Assembly (NCBI GenBank): GCA_051251855.1
Contig: JBPOGI010000001.1
Coordinates: 672,001-736,000, forward strand
Direction of reading: 5' to 3'
From: Roseibacillus sp.
GTDB taxonomy: Bacteria; Verrucomicrobiota; Verrucomicrobiia; Verrucomicrobiales; Akkermansiaceae
Length of the DNA stretch: 64,000 nt
Each line of letters starts with the position of its first letter. Within the stretch, counting starts at the first letter, position 1. The notes beneath the pieces are model-generated. The model saw only the letters and a program-made list of their open reading frames with translations, did no database searches and was not told the origin of the DNA. Shown one piece after another: positions 48,701 to 56,602 of this stretch. Both the position numbers and the translations under genes were made by a program.

Positions 48701-49246
48701 GTCAACCGTTAAAGGGCTATCTAGTTCGAGGGTGATGAATTCATTGTCAGGGATCGTTCCATTGACGGTGAAAACCTCTTCATAGAGGGGGGTGACAGTG
48801 GTGTCTTTGTAAAAATCGCTATCGGATGCGACATGGCCACTACCCGAGTTCCAAGCCGCTTCATTGCCTCGAAAGATTCGCAGAGTGAGGGAATCGTTGG
48901 CAAAGGTGGCGGCGATGTTTTTTTGGAAAGTGATGGCCGAGATTTCAAAGCCAACTCCGGTGCCGTCACCTAAAGAAAAAAGCTGACCTCGGGCATGGTT
49001 GGCGTTTCCAGCGATGGGTGATGGGGCTGAACCTAGGAGGGGAAAGAGGGAGGTGTCGGTGCTTCCTAGACCGGTGGAAGACAAAATGTCTGTGGTGGGA
49101 GCTGAACTTGAAAGCGTGATATCAGCAGTTGCGATATTCCCACAAAGCAACGGAATCCAAAGGCCGCGACGCAGTGTTCTACTCACCTGTTTTTTCAAGT
49201 TGGGTTTGAGTAGGGTGAAAAAAGGTTCGGTTGGCTTGAAAAGCAT
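45764..49246 (-). CDS. Large secreted sialate O-acetylesterase (SASA/SGNH) family protein with two N-terminal unknown domains and an Ig-like domain
   Basis: GDVWVCFGQSNM, WGSSSIEGW, WYQGEAN, NVHP; ANEDTY...GVLSND Ig/cadherin-like domain; DPDGDG.ENLLEFALG; start uncertain. Confidence 0.85.
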   Translation of the reverse strand: MLFKPTEPFFTLLKPNLKKQVSRTLRRGLWIPLLCGNIATADITLSSSAPTTDILSSTGLGSTDTSLFPLLGSAPSPIAGNANHARGQLFSLGDGTGVGFEISAITFQKNIAATFANDSLTLRIFRGNEAAWNSGSGHVASDSDFYKDTTVTPLYEEVFTVNGTIPDNEFITLELDSPLTVDENSDFGFFLTYDPATGTSPDRFRHLESNSGGRISITTTDHGTSSRAINCFIQGVPVSATAGTISTSSSAPTVNIIDSSSVGAIDTALFDEDANANHGRGQLFTLPNGSGSDYEVSAITIRKSNDQTFTNDKLTLHLFEGTEAQWNSGTGHTTATNGSNYYAGTTVTPLYQESYLLNGTLTNNDYITFELSSPVTVNEDSDFGFFLIYEQDDATNPTSFRHREDGTNGGRLSISTTSHGTSPSRKVLYFIEGTPVGNGAELDLASPFQDRMILQRDKPVKLWGTANAGSTIVATIDSNTINGTTDPQGDWEVQLPQFAAGGPYTLTVTSTSLEGTASKTVSDILFGDVWVCFGQSNMVYRLNQMDSSWNTTYINEIASNDEIRCLKIDQDASLTEEESHGSSWLSNSSSATWTAVGSVFASQLHDATNVPVGIIWAAWGSSSIEGWLPLSVADEQPHFAEMMQLYQSIGEYRSGDPVADRAENAGFSSNIAAITNYTTNGWSTTNEDIFMRTRPNIIYNKMIHPMRNYGISGFIWYQGEANAGDIINVATYRHTFPRMIEEYRKRFDQGELPFLGVQLPSNSSGNTNWHWFREAQGDGLDAVSNAYYPVTVDTGIVIANGNYNVHPTDKEPIGVRLARLALKYALGESIEAHGPTYDSMSVVGNQVTISFTSAVGLTTTGGSLNPASFQLAGSDQTFHTATSATISGTSVIVSSSSESNPVAVRYAWKPNARDNVNLINGDGLPAAPFRTDDWPLPGLAAADPIANEDTYSILRDQTLSIPADGVLSNDFDINLDSLESNLVSPTTNGTLSLLSDGSFSYVPEAGFAGPDSFTYNTSELSGSGTSSNVSVSITVEGIPSSYYTWRSGIAWNSGDDVTVTGDPDGDGIENLLEFALGMDPLVSSTVGLPTLTPNGTGADYDFSNAQTGVLYEVLLSTDLITWSDPAFASLTNASTTPVALPSSEEEEGRLFVRLRVSEAD

Positions 49247-49360
49247 TGAGTTTATTAGGGTTTGGGGGGGGCTGGGAATTGAATCCAGAGCAACATACCT
49301 CGGGAAATCAACTTTGTCGAAAGCCGAGAGATTTAGGGTTGTTCCGTTTGAATCAATAGC

Positions 49361-49401
49361 AGTCCTTTTGCCCTCGGGGGGGAGGGCAAAGGCCAAGGAC
49401 T
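49361..49401. terminator. Strong hairpin between the two secreted-protein genes
   Basis: TTTGCCCTC / GAGGGCAAA stem plus outer AGTCCT/AGGACT; no long U-tract. Confidence 0.5.
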
Positions 49402-49434
49402 GAGGGAGGGACTATCCGGTTTTCGAAGGAAAGC

Positions 49435-51549
49435 CTATTGAGTCTCGAGGCGATAGAACTCGGCGTCACCAACCCCAGGGAAGGTCTGTGAACCTATCCC
49501 CGCAGCATCAGTCGATGCCGAGCCCGCAAAATCGGGAAAGTCATCGGAAAGGTTTGCGGAGGCTTGGATATCAAATGACGAGTTCGCAGGCCCCGTGAAC
49601 TCGATGGTGACCATTGGAGGGGTCCCCTGATCGGTGGAAATAGAGGTGATATCCAGAGGAAGAGGAGCGGCTGTTACTACGATATCAACGGTGGCTGTAT
49701 ACGGACCTCCGGGCCCTGCTACCTCGATGGTATAGGTTGTGTCGACGGTGGGCGAAAAGGTGGCGGTATAGATTCCGCCACTGGCTGCTCCATCCACGGG
49801 ATTAGAGTCAATCGAAACGGCAGTGGCGGTGTCCGAGGTCTTCCATTGCAGCTCTACTGATGTTCCAAGAGGGACTTCAGTGACATCAGAAACGAATCCA
49901 AGAAGCGGATCGCCAGCGGAGAAAAAGGCGGTGGCATGGGCGGCGATTTGTGCGTCGGTGAGCTCTGCTTCGAAGATTGCGGTCTCGTCGATCCATCCGT
50001 TCATAGACTGACTCGTGAGATTCTTGTTTGAACATAGAACCCAGTTGGCGTTGTTTACATCGACACCGTTTGCGATCACGGTCGGTATTCCGTAGAGACT
50101 GCCGTTGATGTAGATACGCATTTCCCCTTCAAGAGTGAAAGCATCATCGTCTGGGTCGGCATCATAGACGGCGTGGACCAAGCAGCTCAGGCCACTCGTG
50201 AGGGCGCTTGAATCGGTGAGGAGAGATGCTCCGCCGTCGATAAAGGTCTGAAATCCGCCATTACCGTGATAGAGAATAGAGCGCCCATTTCCAGTTCCGT
50301 TGGCCATTGCAAGAACGTTTCCGAGAGCCGCGGAATTAAAATTGTCCAGATTAAGAACGGACACAAAGGTAAAGGACGCGGCCATGTCGGAGGTGGCGGG
50401 GACTGAAATTGCGCTTCCGGTTGTTGAATTTGCTGCGTTCTGCATCCCTCCTGGCCCAGCTCCGAGGGTGATGTTTCCGATAATGTCGGTCGCGTGATGA
50501 CCGTTGCCAGAAGCATCTGCCAAAAACGGAGAATCAACAGCCTCTTCGTAGCGGTAGTAGAAAAGGGGAGAGTCCGCGAGAATGGCACTGCTAAATGCAT
50601 TCGAAGGAATGGCAGATGGATCGATTACTAAGACTTCGGCAGAGGCAGACTCATCGGCTTCCCCGGCTTTGGTCAGAGTAACTTGGTAGGTGAAGTCTGC
50701 CGCAGGTGAATCGTTGACAACAACAACGCCATCGTTGGGAGAGGCGTCGGCAGCATCTTCGACTTTCAAATCAACAGTTCCGCTTGGGGTTGTGAGACTG
50801 GCGGTATCAGCAGAGACATCGTAGGTGATGTTCAAGTCGATCGATGAACCCACTTCAATGAGGGTCTCTGAAAGAACCAAGGTCGGATTGATAATGCCGG
50901 TGTCGACTTCGCTCCCGCTGATGTAATAGTTCATTTGGCGAGAACTTGCGGTACTGTAGCCCGTCGTCGTTACCGAGGTGCGACCATCATCGGCGTCGCT
51001 GGGAGATCCCGATTCCCGGTAGAAGAAACTGGTGTTTGTTCCGTCGCCTTGATCAAAGGTGAAAAAGAAACCATAGTCCGTATCTCCTGCGACCACGAGT
51101 GGAGTCGTGAGTTCGAAAGTGACATATTGTCCAGCGGTGGGGGAACCAGTGAGGGTGAAGGTTTCCTCTGCAAGAGGCGTCACGGTCGTTCCTTCATAGT
51201 AGGTCGGTGATGTTTCGGTATGACCGGTGCCTGAGTTAAATTCAGCAGATGTTCCTTCGTAGATGAAGAGGGTCATGCTGTCGTTGTCATAGACTTGAGT
51301 TCCGCTTGCTACGATAGTCACGCTACTGATTTCATAGGTGTCAGCATTAGCAGTGAGGAGAAATCGGTTTCCTCGTCCGTGGTTATCGTTCGCATCAATA
51401 TCGAAGATTCGTGAGCCAGTGGAACCGAATGCGGTGGACTGGGCAATGACATCGAGGGGGTCGGGTGCGGCCGCGTTGATTGTGATATCAGCGGATGAGC
51501 AAACGACCGAGGCAGCAAGCAGGGCTGCAGCAAATTTTGGTTCTTTCAT
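49435..51549 (-). CDS. Secreted protein with N-terminal unknown domain and LamG/concanavalin-like domain
   Basis: Signal peptide; PLFYYRYEE..ADASGNGHH, MRIYING, GWIDETAIFEAELTDAQIAAH. Confidence 0.8.
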   Translation of the reverse strand: MKEPKFAAALLAASVVCSSADITINAAAPDPLDVIAQSTAFGSTGSRIFDIDANDNHGRGNRFLLTANADTYEISSVTIVASGTQVYDNDSMTLFIYEGTSAEFNSGTGHTETSPTYYEGTTVTPLAEETFTLTGSPTAGQYVTFELTTPLVVAGDTDYGFFFTFDQGDGTNTSFFYRESGSPSDADDGRTSVTTTGYSTASSRQMNYYISGSEVDTGIINPTLVLSETLIEVGSSIDLNITYDVSADTASLTTPSGTVDLKVEDAADASPNDGVVVVNDSPAADFTYQVTLTKAGEADESASAEVLVIDPSAIPSNAFSSAILADSPLFYYRYEEAVDSPFLADASGNGHHATDIIGNITLGAGPGGMQNAANSTTGSAISVPATSDMAASFTFVSVLNLDNFNSAALGNVLAMANGTGNGRSILYHGNGGFQTFIDGGASLLTDSSALTSGLSCLVHAVYDADPDDDAFTLEGEMRIYINGSLYGIPTVIANGVDVNNANWVLCSNKNLTSQSMNGWIDETAIFEAELTDAQIAAHATAFFSAGDPLLGFVSDVTEVPLGTSVELQWKTSDTATAVSIDSNPVDGAASGGIYTATFSPTVDTTYTIEVAGPGGPYTATVDIVVTAAPLPLDITSISTDQGTPPMVTIEFTGPANSSFDIQASANLSDDFPDFAGSASTDAAGIGSQTFPGVGDAEFYRLETQ

Positions 51550-51929
51550 GGAATGGATCTAGTAGTGTTTGAACAGGGGGCCTCAGGATAGCTGGTGTGA
51601 GGCGAGTCGTCTTGTGACGGGGACTTTGGGCGGGACGTTTCGAATTATGAAAAGCTAAGAAGAGTGCTTTTATTCGTGGGCTACAAAAAGGTTCAAATGT
51701 TGGAGGGAAGGGGGATTCGTGACCATTTCCCCCCTTCTCTTGATTTTAGAAAGAGCGTCTAAGGCGGTTGGAGATTGAGTAGTCTTCTGGACCGACTCAG
51801 GGCGTCTTTTAATTTTTTCGTAAAAGGACCGTCTATGTCTAACAATAGACTTCGGCGGACCTTGGCTTCGAGGAGATGCGGACCGAGCGGCCGCATCTCT
51901 TGAAGCAAGAGTTTAAAAAAACAGAAGTT

Positions 51930-52835
51930 TTACAAGCGGCGACGGCGACGGGCGAAAGCCAGTCCACCGAGGGCGAGAAGAGCGAGTGAGCTGGGCTCGG
52001 GAATAAGCGTTAAGGTGCTACCACCGCCAGTAATAGGGGTAACCAAGAAAAAATCGCTAAAGTTGCTGTCGGTGATTTGCGTTCCTCCAACGGTAACTAG
52101 GCGGGCAGCAGCAACCCCATCCACGAAAGTGCCATTCGCAACTGCACCATAGACCAATTCATCGATCCAGTCATCCACAGTATTCTCTGCTCCGGCTGTG
52201 AAACTTCCAGTCCAATCAGGGGCAATGGTGAAAGCTGAGTCAACGCCGCTGAGTCGGAGGTCAAAATTGTTAGGAACCACAATCGTAGCACTCCCACTCA
52301 TGTTGATACTAGCGTCTTCAGAGTTAACAATAATATCACTGCTGGCATTTGGGAAAGTCAAAACCCCACTAGACAGATTGAAAGCGGCATTCAATCCGTT
52401 GGCATTGAAGTTTGTGGTGGAACGAATTGTGCCTCCTTGAAGATTGTAAACACTGTTAGCATTTCCCCAGTTATATGACCCCGAGAGCGTTCCTGAAGTA
52501 TGGTTGATGGTTGCGCCCTCGAAGCCGCGAATCGTATTTGAGAATCTATCGAAACCACCCTCGTCTGGGGTCACGGTGCCATTACCAAGAGTAGATCCAT
52601 CGGTTGCGTTCCCTACGTTCCTTTGACCAGTGAAGGCAATGAGCCCAGTGTCGCCAGTACCTGGACGAACTCCGGTAGTTACCGGATCGTCGTCTATGTT
52701 CTCCCAGTTATCGGGATTTTCAAGCTCCCCTGTAGTGTAGACAAAAGAAGCTGCAGATGACGCGAGACAACTTGCTGCCAAGCATGAGCAGGAGAGAAAG
52801 GCTATCGGGTTCTTGCGCTGATAATTCGGATTCAT
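51930..52835 (-). CDS. PEP-CTERM sorting domain protein
   Basis: Signal peptide; C-terminal IPEPSSLALLALGGLAFARRRRRL. Confidence 0.92.
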   Translation of the reverse strand: MNPNYQRKNPIAFLSCSCLAASCLASSAASFVYTTGELENPDNWENIDDDPVTTGVRPGTGDTGLIAFTGQRNVGNATDGSTLGNGTVTPDEGGFDRFSNTIRGFEGATINHTSGTLSGSYNWGNANSVYNLQGGTIRSTTNFNANGLNAAFNLSSGVLTFPNASSDIIVNSEDASINMSGSATIVVPNNFDLRLSGVDSAFTIAPDWTGSFTAGAENTVDDWIDELVYGAVANGTFVDGVAAARLVTVGGTQITDSNFSDFFLVTPITGGGSTLTLIPEPSSLALLALGGLAFARRRRRL

Positions 52836-53013
52836 TGGATTAACTTTAGTTGAGGAATTGGGTGAGTTCTATGGAGGCCTTGTCGTTTAACATGAGCTTG
52901 TCAAACTTTTGGACTTCTTGCTGGTCACCGCTAGCAGTGAACGTGCCTAGTTGAGTTCTCTCCAGCTAGAAATGAATTGACGTCTGTACCCTTTTTGGGG
53001 TCAGATTGTCGCT

Positions 53014-54093
53014 GTGAGTCCCATTCAGGTTCATTCTGCGGCCGAACAAGTGGCTCTTTACCTGAGAGAGCGGATTCGTCATGGGGAGATTCAGGAGGCT
53101 CTGCCGGGCGTGGTGCGAGTTTCTAAGATGCTGGGAGTCAATGCAAAGACGGTTGAATCAGCTCTTGAGATTCTTGAGAAGGAAGGAGTATTGCTCAATC
53201 AGGGACCAAGGCGGAAACGTCTCGTCAATCTGCAAGGAGTTCAGAAAAATACGAGAAAGGGGCGGATTCGCCTGGGAATTGTTCTCTACGAACCTTCGGA
53301 CCGTCAGTCTCCTTTAATTATGGAGATGGAGCATGCTCTCAACGAAGTCGGGCATGTGGTGACTTATGGCCAAAAAACGTTAACCGAGCTGAAAATGGAT
53401 TTGGCTGGGGTTGAAAAGTTGGTTCGAGGGGAAGAGGTCGATGCTTGGCTGGTGGCTGCGGGGTCACGGGAGGTTTTGGAGTGGTTTTCCCAGCAGCCGC
53501 TTCCAACCTTTGCTCTCTTTGGTCGCCGCAATCAAGTAGTTGTCCCGTCCATCGGACCAGAAACTGACAAGGCTTTCGTGGATGGAGTGAACTACCTTAT
53601 CGCACAGGGGCATCAGCGTATTGTGAAAATCTGCCGAAGTGAGAGACGGAAGCCATCCCCAGGAAAAGCGGAGAGAGAATTTCTGAAAACGCTCAAAGCC
53701 AACCAAATTCCTACTGGAGAGTATAATCTTCCGGATTGGGTAGAAACCCCAGAGGGTTTTCACAAGCTTCTGGAGTCTCTCTTCAAGGTCACTCCTCCAA
53801 CGGCTCTGATCGTCGATGAAGTTTGCTACTTCGTGGCAGCCTTTCAGTTTCTCGCGAGCAAGGGTTTGAAGGTGCCAGAGGATGTTTCCATGATCGTTGA
53901 AGAAGTGGATCCTAAATATCACTGGTGTCAGCCCCCCCTAGCTCATCTGCGTTGGGATCCCTCAGTGGTGGTGCGACGAATTGTTCAGTGGGCATCGAAG
54001 GTGAGCCAAGAGAAGCCTGATGTTCAGCGGTCCGTGGTCTCAGCAGAATTCGTGAAGGGAGGAACGGTGGGGCCGGCTCCGACGAAGTTATGA
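53014..54093 (+). CDS. Transcriptional regulator: GntR-type wHTH plus LacI-type sugar-binding domain
   Basis: EQVALYLRERI...LPGV..VSKMLGVN.KTV; GHQRI, PPTALIV, GLKVPEDVS. Confidence 0.88.
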   Translation: MSPIQVHSAAEQVALYLRERIRHGEIQEALPGVVRVSKMLGVNAKTVESALEILEKEGVLLNQGPRRKRLVNLQGVQKNTRKGRIRLGIVLYEPSDRQSPLIMEMEHALNEVGHVVTYGQKTLTELKMDLAGVEKLVRGEEVDAWLVAAGSREVLEWFSQQPLPTFALFGRRNQVVVPSIGPETDKAFVDGVNYLIAQGHQRIVKICRSERRKPSPGKAEREFLKTLKANQIPTGEYNLPDWVETPEGFHKLLESLFKVTPPTALIVDEVCYFVAAFQFLASKGLKVPEDVSMIVEEVDPKYHWCQPPLAHLRWDPSVVVRRIVQWASKVSQEKPDVQRSVVSAEFVKGGTVGPAPTKL

Positions 54094-54723
54094 GATTTCG
54101 CAGGCCTTGAGGAGGTCTCTGGGAGAGTCGAGCATGAAGGTAGGATTCTGACGCTTGAGTGCTTCTGGAGAGTTGAAGCCCCAAGTGGCAGCGGCGACGT
54201 GGATACCTGCTTTCTGGGAGGCACGGATGTCGCGGGTTTCGTCTCCGACGTAGAGCATTTTCGAGCGTTCCAAGGAGAAGGTTTTTTCAATGGCTCGCAG
54301 GTGTTTATGTTTACCTGAGAGCTTGGAGGTGCTGGAAATGAAGGTGAAAAGGTCGCGCAGGCCTTTGGCCTCGAGGAAGGCTTCGACGTTTTCGGTAGAA
54401 TTGGAGGTGAGGATGCCGAAACAGGTGCAGTGCTCGCGGAGTTGGGGGAGGAGTTCTGCGATTCCGTCATTGAGAGAGAGATTGGTGATGTCTGCACGAA
54501 GGGCTTTGCGGCCCTTGGCGAGCAGGGAGGGGACGCGTAGCTTGGAGACGCCGAGATGCTTGAGCAGTTCTTTGAGCTCAAAGTCTTGCAGGGCAGGGAT
54601 TTCGTCCATGGTGATGGAGCGAAGAGAGTAGAACTCGGCGAGGTTGTTATAGACCTCGACGGCAGCAGCAAGGGTGTCGGCGAGAGTTCCGTCGAAGTCG
54701 AAGATAAGGGCAGGGTAACGCAA
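54088..54723 (-). CDS. HAD family hydrolase (phosphoglycolate phosphatase-like)
   Basis: FDFDGTLADT, ILTSN, YVGDETRDI, ATWGFN. Confidence 0.9.
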   Translation of the reverse strand: MRYPALIFDFDGTLADTLAAAVEVYNNLAEFYSLRSITMDEIPALQDFELKELLKHLGVSKLRVPSLLAKGRKALRADITNLSLNDGIAELLPQLREHCTCFGILTSNSTENVEAFLEAKGLRDLFTFISSTSKLSGKHKHLRAIEKTFSLERSKMLYVGDETRDIRASQKAGIHVAAATWGFNSPEALKRQNPTFMLDSPRDLLKACEIS

Positions 54724-54745
54724 GGAGTGAGTGGTCAGGGATTGG

Positions 54746-55762
54746 TTAGAGAGTCGCCAACTTTAAGTTGGGATCAATATCGGTGGCGAGGTCAGATTGC
54801 TGGCCAGAAAGAAATTTTTGATGAGCGGCGAAGGCAATCATAGCGGCGTTGTCTGTGGAAAGATTGGGGGGGCTAGCGCGAAAGGTCAGGCCTTCAGAGT
54901 GACAGGCTGTGGCAAGGTGGTCGCGGAGGGTGGCGTTGCAGGAGACCCCGCCGGATAGAGTAACAAGCGAGAGGTCGTGTGCTTTTGCGGCACGCAGGCT
55001 TTTGGCGATGAGAACTTCAAAGACGGCGGCTTGAAAAGAGGCGCAGAGGTCGGGGAGCTGGTCCTTGGGATTCGCAAGTTTTTGGAGAGTGTAGAGTACG
55101 GCGGTTTTGAGCCCGGAAAAGGAGAAATCGAGATGTTCTTCGGTGAGCAGAGACCGCGGGAAGTCGAAGGCCGCCGGGTTTCCTTCTTTGGCGAGGCGCT
55201 CGATCTGAGGGCCGCCAGGATAGGGGAGTTCGAGCATTTTTGCGACTTTGTCGAAGGCTTCGCCGGCGGCATCATCGAGAGTTTGTCCAAGGAGTTGATA
55301 GCTGCCAACGGCGTCAACTTTGATGAGCATGGTGTGTCCGCCTGAAACGATGACCGCGAGGTGGGGAGGAATGTCCTCTTCGCCAACAAAGGGGCTGAGA
55401 AGATGGCCCTCCATGTGATTGATAGAGAGGAAGGGTTTTTGCGAAGCAAGGGCGAGACCTTTGGCAAAGGAATGGCCGACTTGGAGAGAGGAGGCAAGTC
55501 CGGGGCCGCCAGTGGCAGCGAAGGCGTCGATTTTTTGAGGGGTGAGATCAGCTTGAGTGAGGGCCTCGGCAACGAGAGGCTGGATATGCAGAGTGTGGTT
55601 ACGGGAAGCGAGTTCGGGGACGACGCCGCCGAGGTCCTTGTGGAGTTCGATTTGAGAAGAAATCAGGGAGACAAGGAGTTCGTTTTTGGAGGAACTTTTC
55701 TTTTTCCCGTAGATGGCGACAGCGGTTTCGTCGCAAGAGGATTCGATGGCGAGTAAAGGCAT
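54746..55762 (-). CDS. tsaD: tRNA N6-adenosine threonylcarbamoyltransferase
   Basis: LAIESSCDETA, GGVVPELASRNH, INHMEGH, SGGHT, DDAAGEAFDK, TDNAAMIA; start reassigned to 55762. Confidence 0.97.
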   Translation of the reverse strand: MPLLAIESSCDETAVAIYGKKKSSSKNELLVSLISSQIELHKDLGGVVPELASRNHTLHIQPLVAEALTQADLTPQKIDAFAATGGPGLASSLQVGHSFAKGLALASQKPFLSINHMEGHLLSPFVGEEDIPPHLAVIVSGGHTMLIKVDAVGSYQLLGQTLDDAAGEAFDKVAKMLELPYPGGPQIERLAKEGNPAAFDFPRSLLTEEHLDFSFSGLKTAVLYTLQKLANPKDQLPDLCASFQAAVFEVLIAKSLRAAKAHDLSLVTLSGGVSCNATLRDHLATACHSEGLTFRASPPNLSTDNAAMIAFAAHQKFLSGQQSDLATDIDPNLKLATL

Positions 55763-55772
55763 AATGGCGGGC

Positions 55773-56540
55773 CTAGTTGCGGTATTCGCGCTGGGCCACG
55801 GGGAGGAACTCGCGCAGGGCGGTGATGCGGGTCTCGTTGAGAGGGTGGGTGCGAAGGAATTCAGCTCCTTGGCTTCCGCGGGAATTGTTGTAGGTGGCGA
55901 AGCGCTGCCACATGGCGACGGCTTCGTTGGGGTCGTAGCCCGCGCGTGCCATGAAGAGAGTTCCGATGCGATCTGCTTCGAGCTCTTGAGAACGTGAGAA
56001 GGTGAGACCGAAGGCAATGTTGCCTGCTCCGCTTAAAAGACGAGTGGCAGAGGCAGCGCTTTCTCCTCCAATGAGTCCTCCTAACACGGAGGCTCCCAAG
56101 CCGATGGTGCTTTGGTTTTTGATGCGGGCATCGGCGTGGTTGGAGGTGACGTGTGCGATCTCATGCGCAAGGACGGTGGCGAGACCGGCATCGTTTTTGG
56201 TGATTTGAAAGAGGCCGGAATTGATGCCTACTTTTCCGCCTGGGAGCGCAAAGGCGTTGGGGGTGGCATCCTCGAAGACCACGAATTCCCATTGAGCGTT
56301 GGGAAGAGTAATCACGCGGGTGAGGCGAGTGGCGACTCGGTTCACTTGGCTGCGGTAGTTTGCGTTTGTGGAGACCTTTTTTGCGGCCTTCATTTGCTGA
56401 AAGGCTTGAGCTCCCTGATTGACGAGGGCGGGTGAAGAATTTCGAATTTGGACGTTACCGTTAGGGCCAAGGGCGCTCGGAGCTGCGCAGGATAGAACGG
56501 CGAGGGGAAGAGCAAGGGGAAGGTAGCGACGAAGGTTCAT
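55773..56540 (-). CDS. M48 family metallopeptidase lipoprotein
   Basis: Lipobox VLSC; NAFALPGG, AHEIAH, FSRSQELEAD, FLRTHP. Confidence 0.93.
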   Translation of the reverse strand: MNLRRYLPLALPLAVLSCAAPSALGPNGNVQIRNSSPALVNQGAQAFQQMKAAKKVSTNANYRSQVNRVATRLTRVITLPNAQWEFVVFEDATPNAFALPGGKVGINSGLFQITKNDAGLATVLAHEIAHVTSNHADARIKNQSTIGLGASVLGGLIGGESAASATRLLSGAGNIAFGLTFSRSQELEADRIGTLFMARAGYDPNEAVAMWQRFATYNNSRGSQGAEFLRTHPLNETRITALREFLPVAQREYRN

Positions 56541-56602
56541 GGGTGTAGTTTGTAAACCGAGGACTTGAGTGTCAATTGAGAGATGCGGTTCCAGAATCGC
56601 TC

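Noticed and set aside
49247..49396. First 50 codons of the 1210-aa ORF
   Set aside because: Overlaps an intergenic hairpin and precedes the signal-peptide-like region; a later start is more plausible
55763..56017. N-terminal extension of the tsaD ORF
   Set aside because: Overlaps the M48 peptidase gene; TsaD homology starts at MPLLAIESSCD
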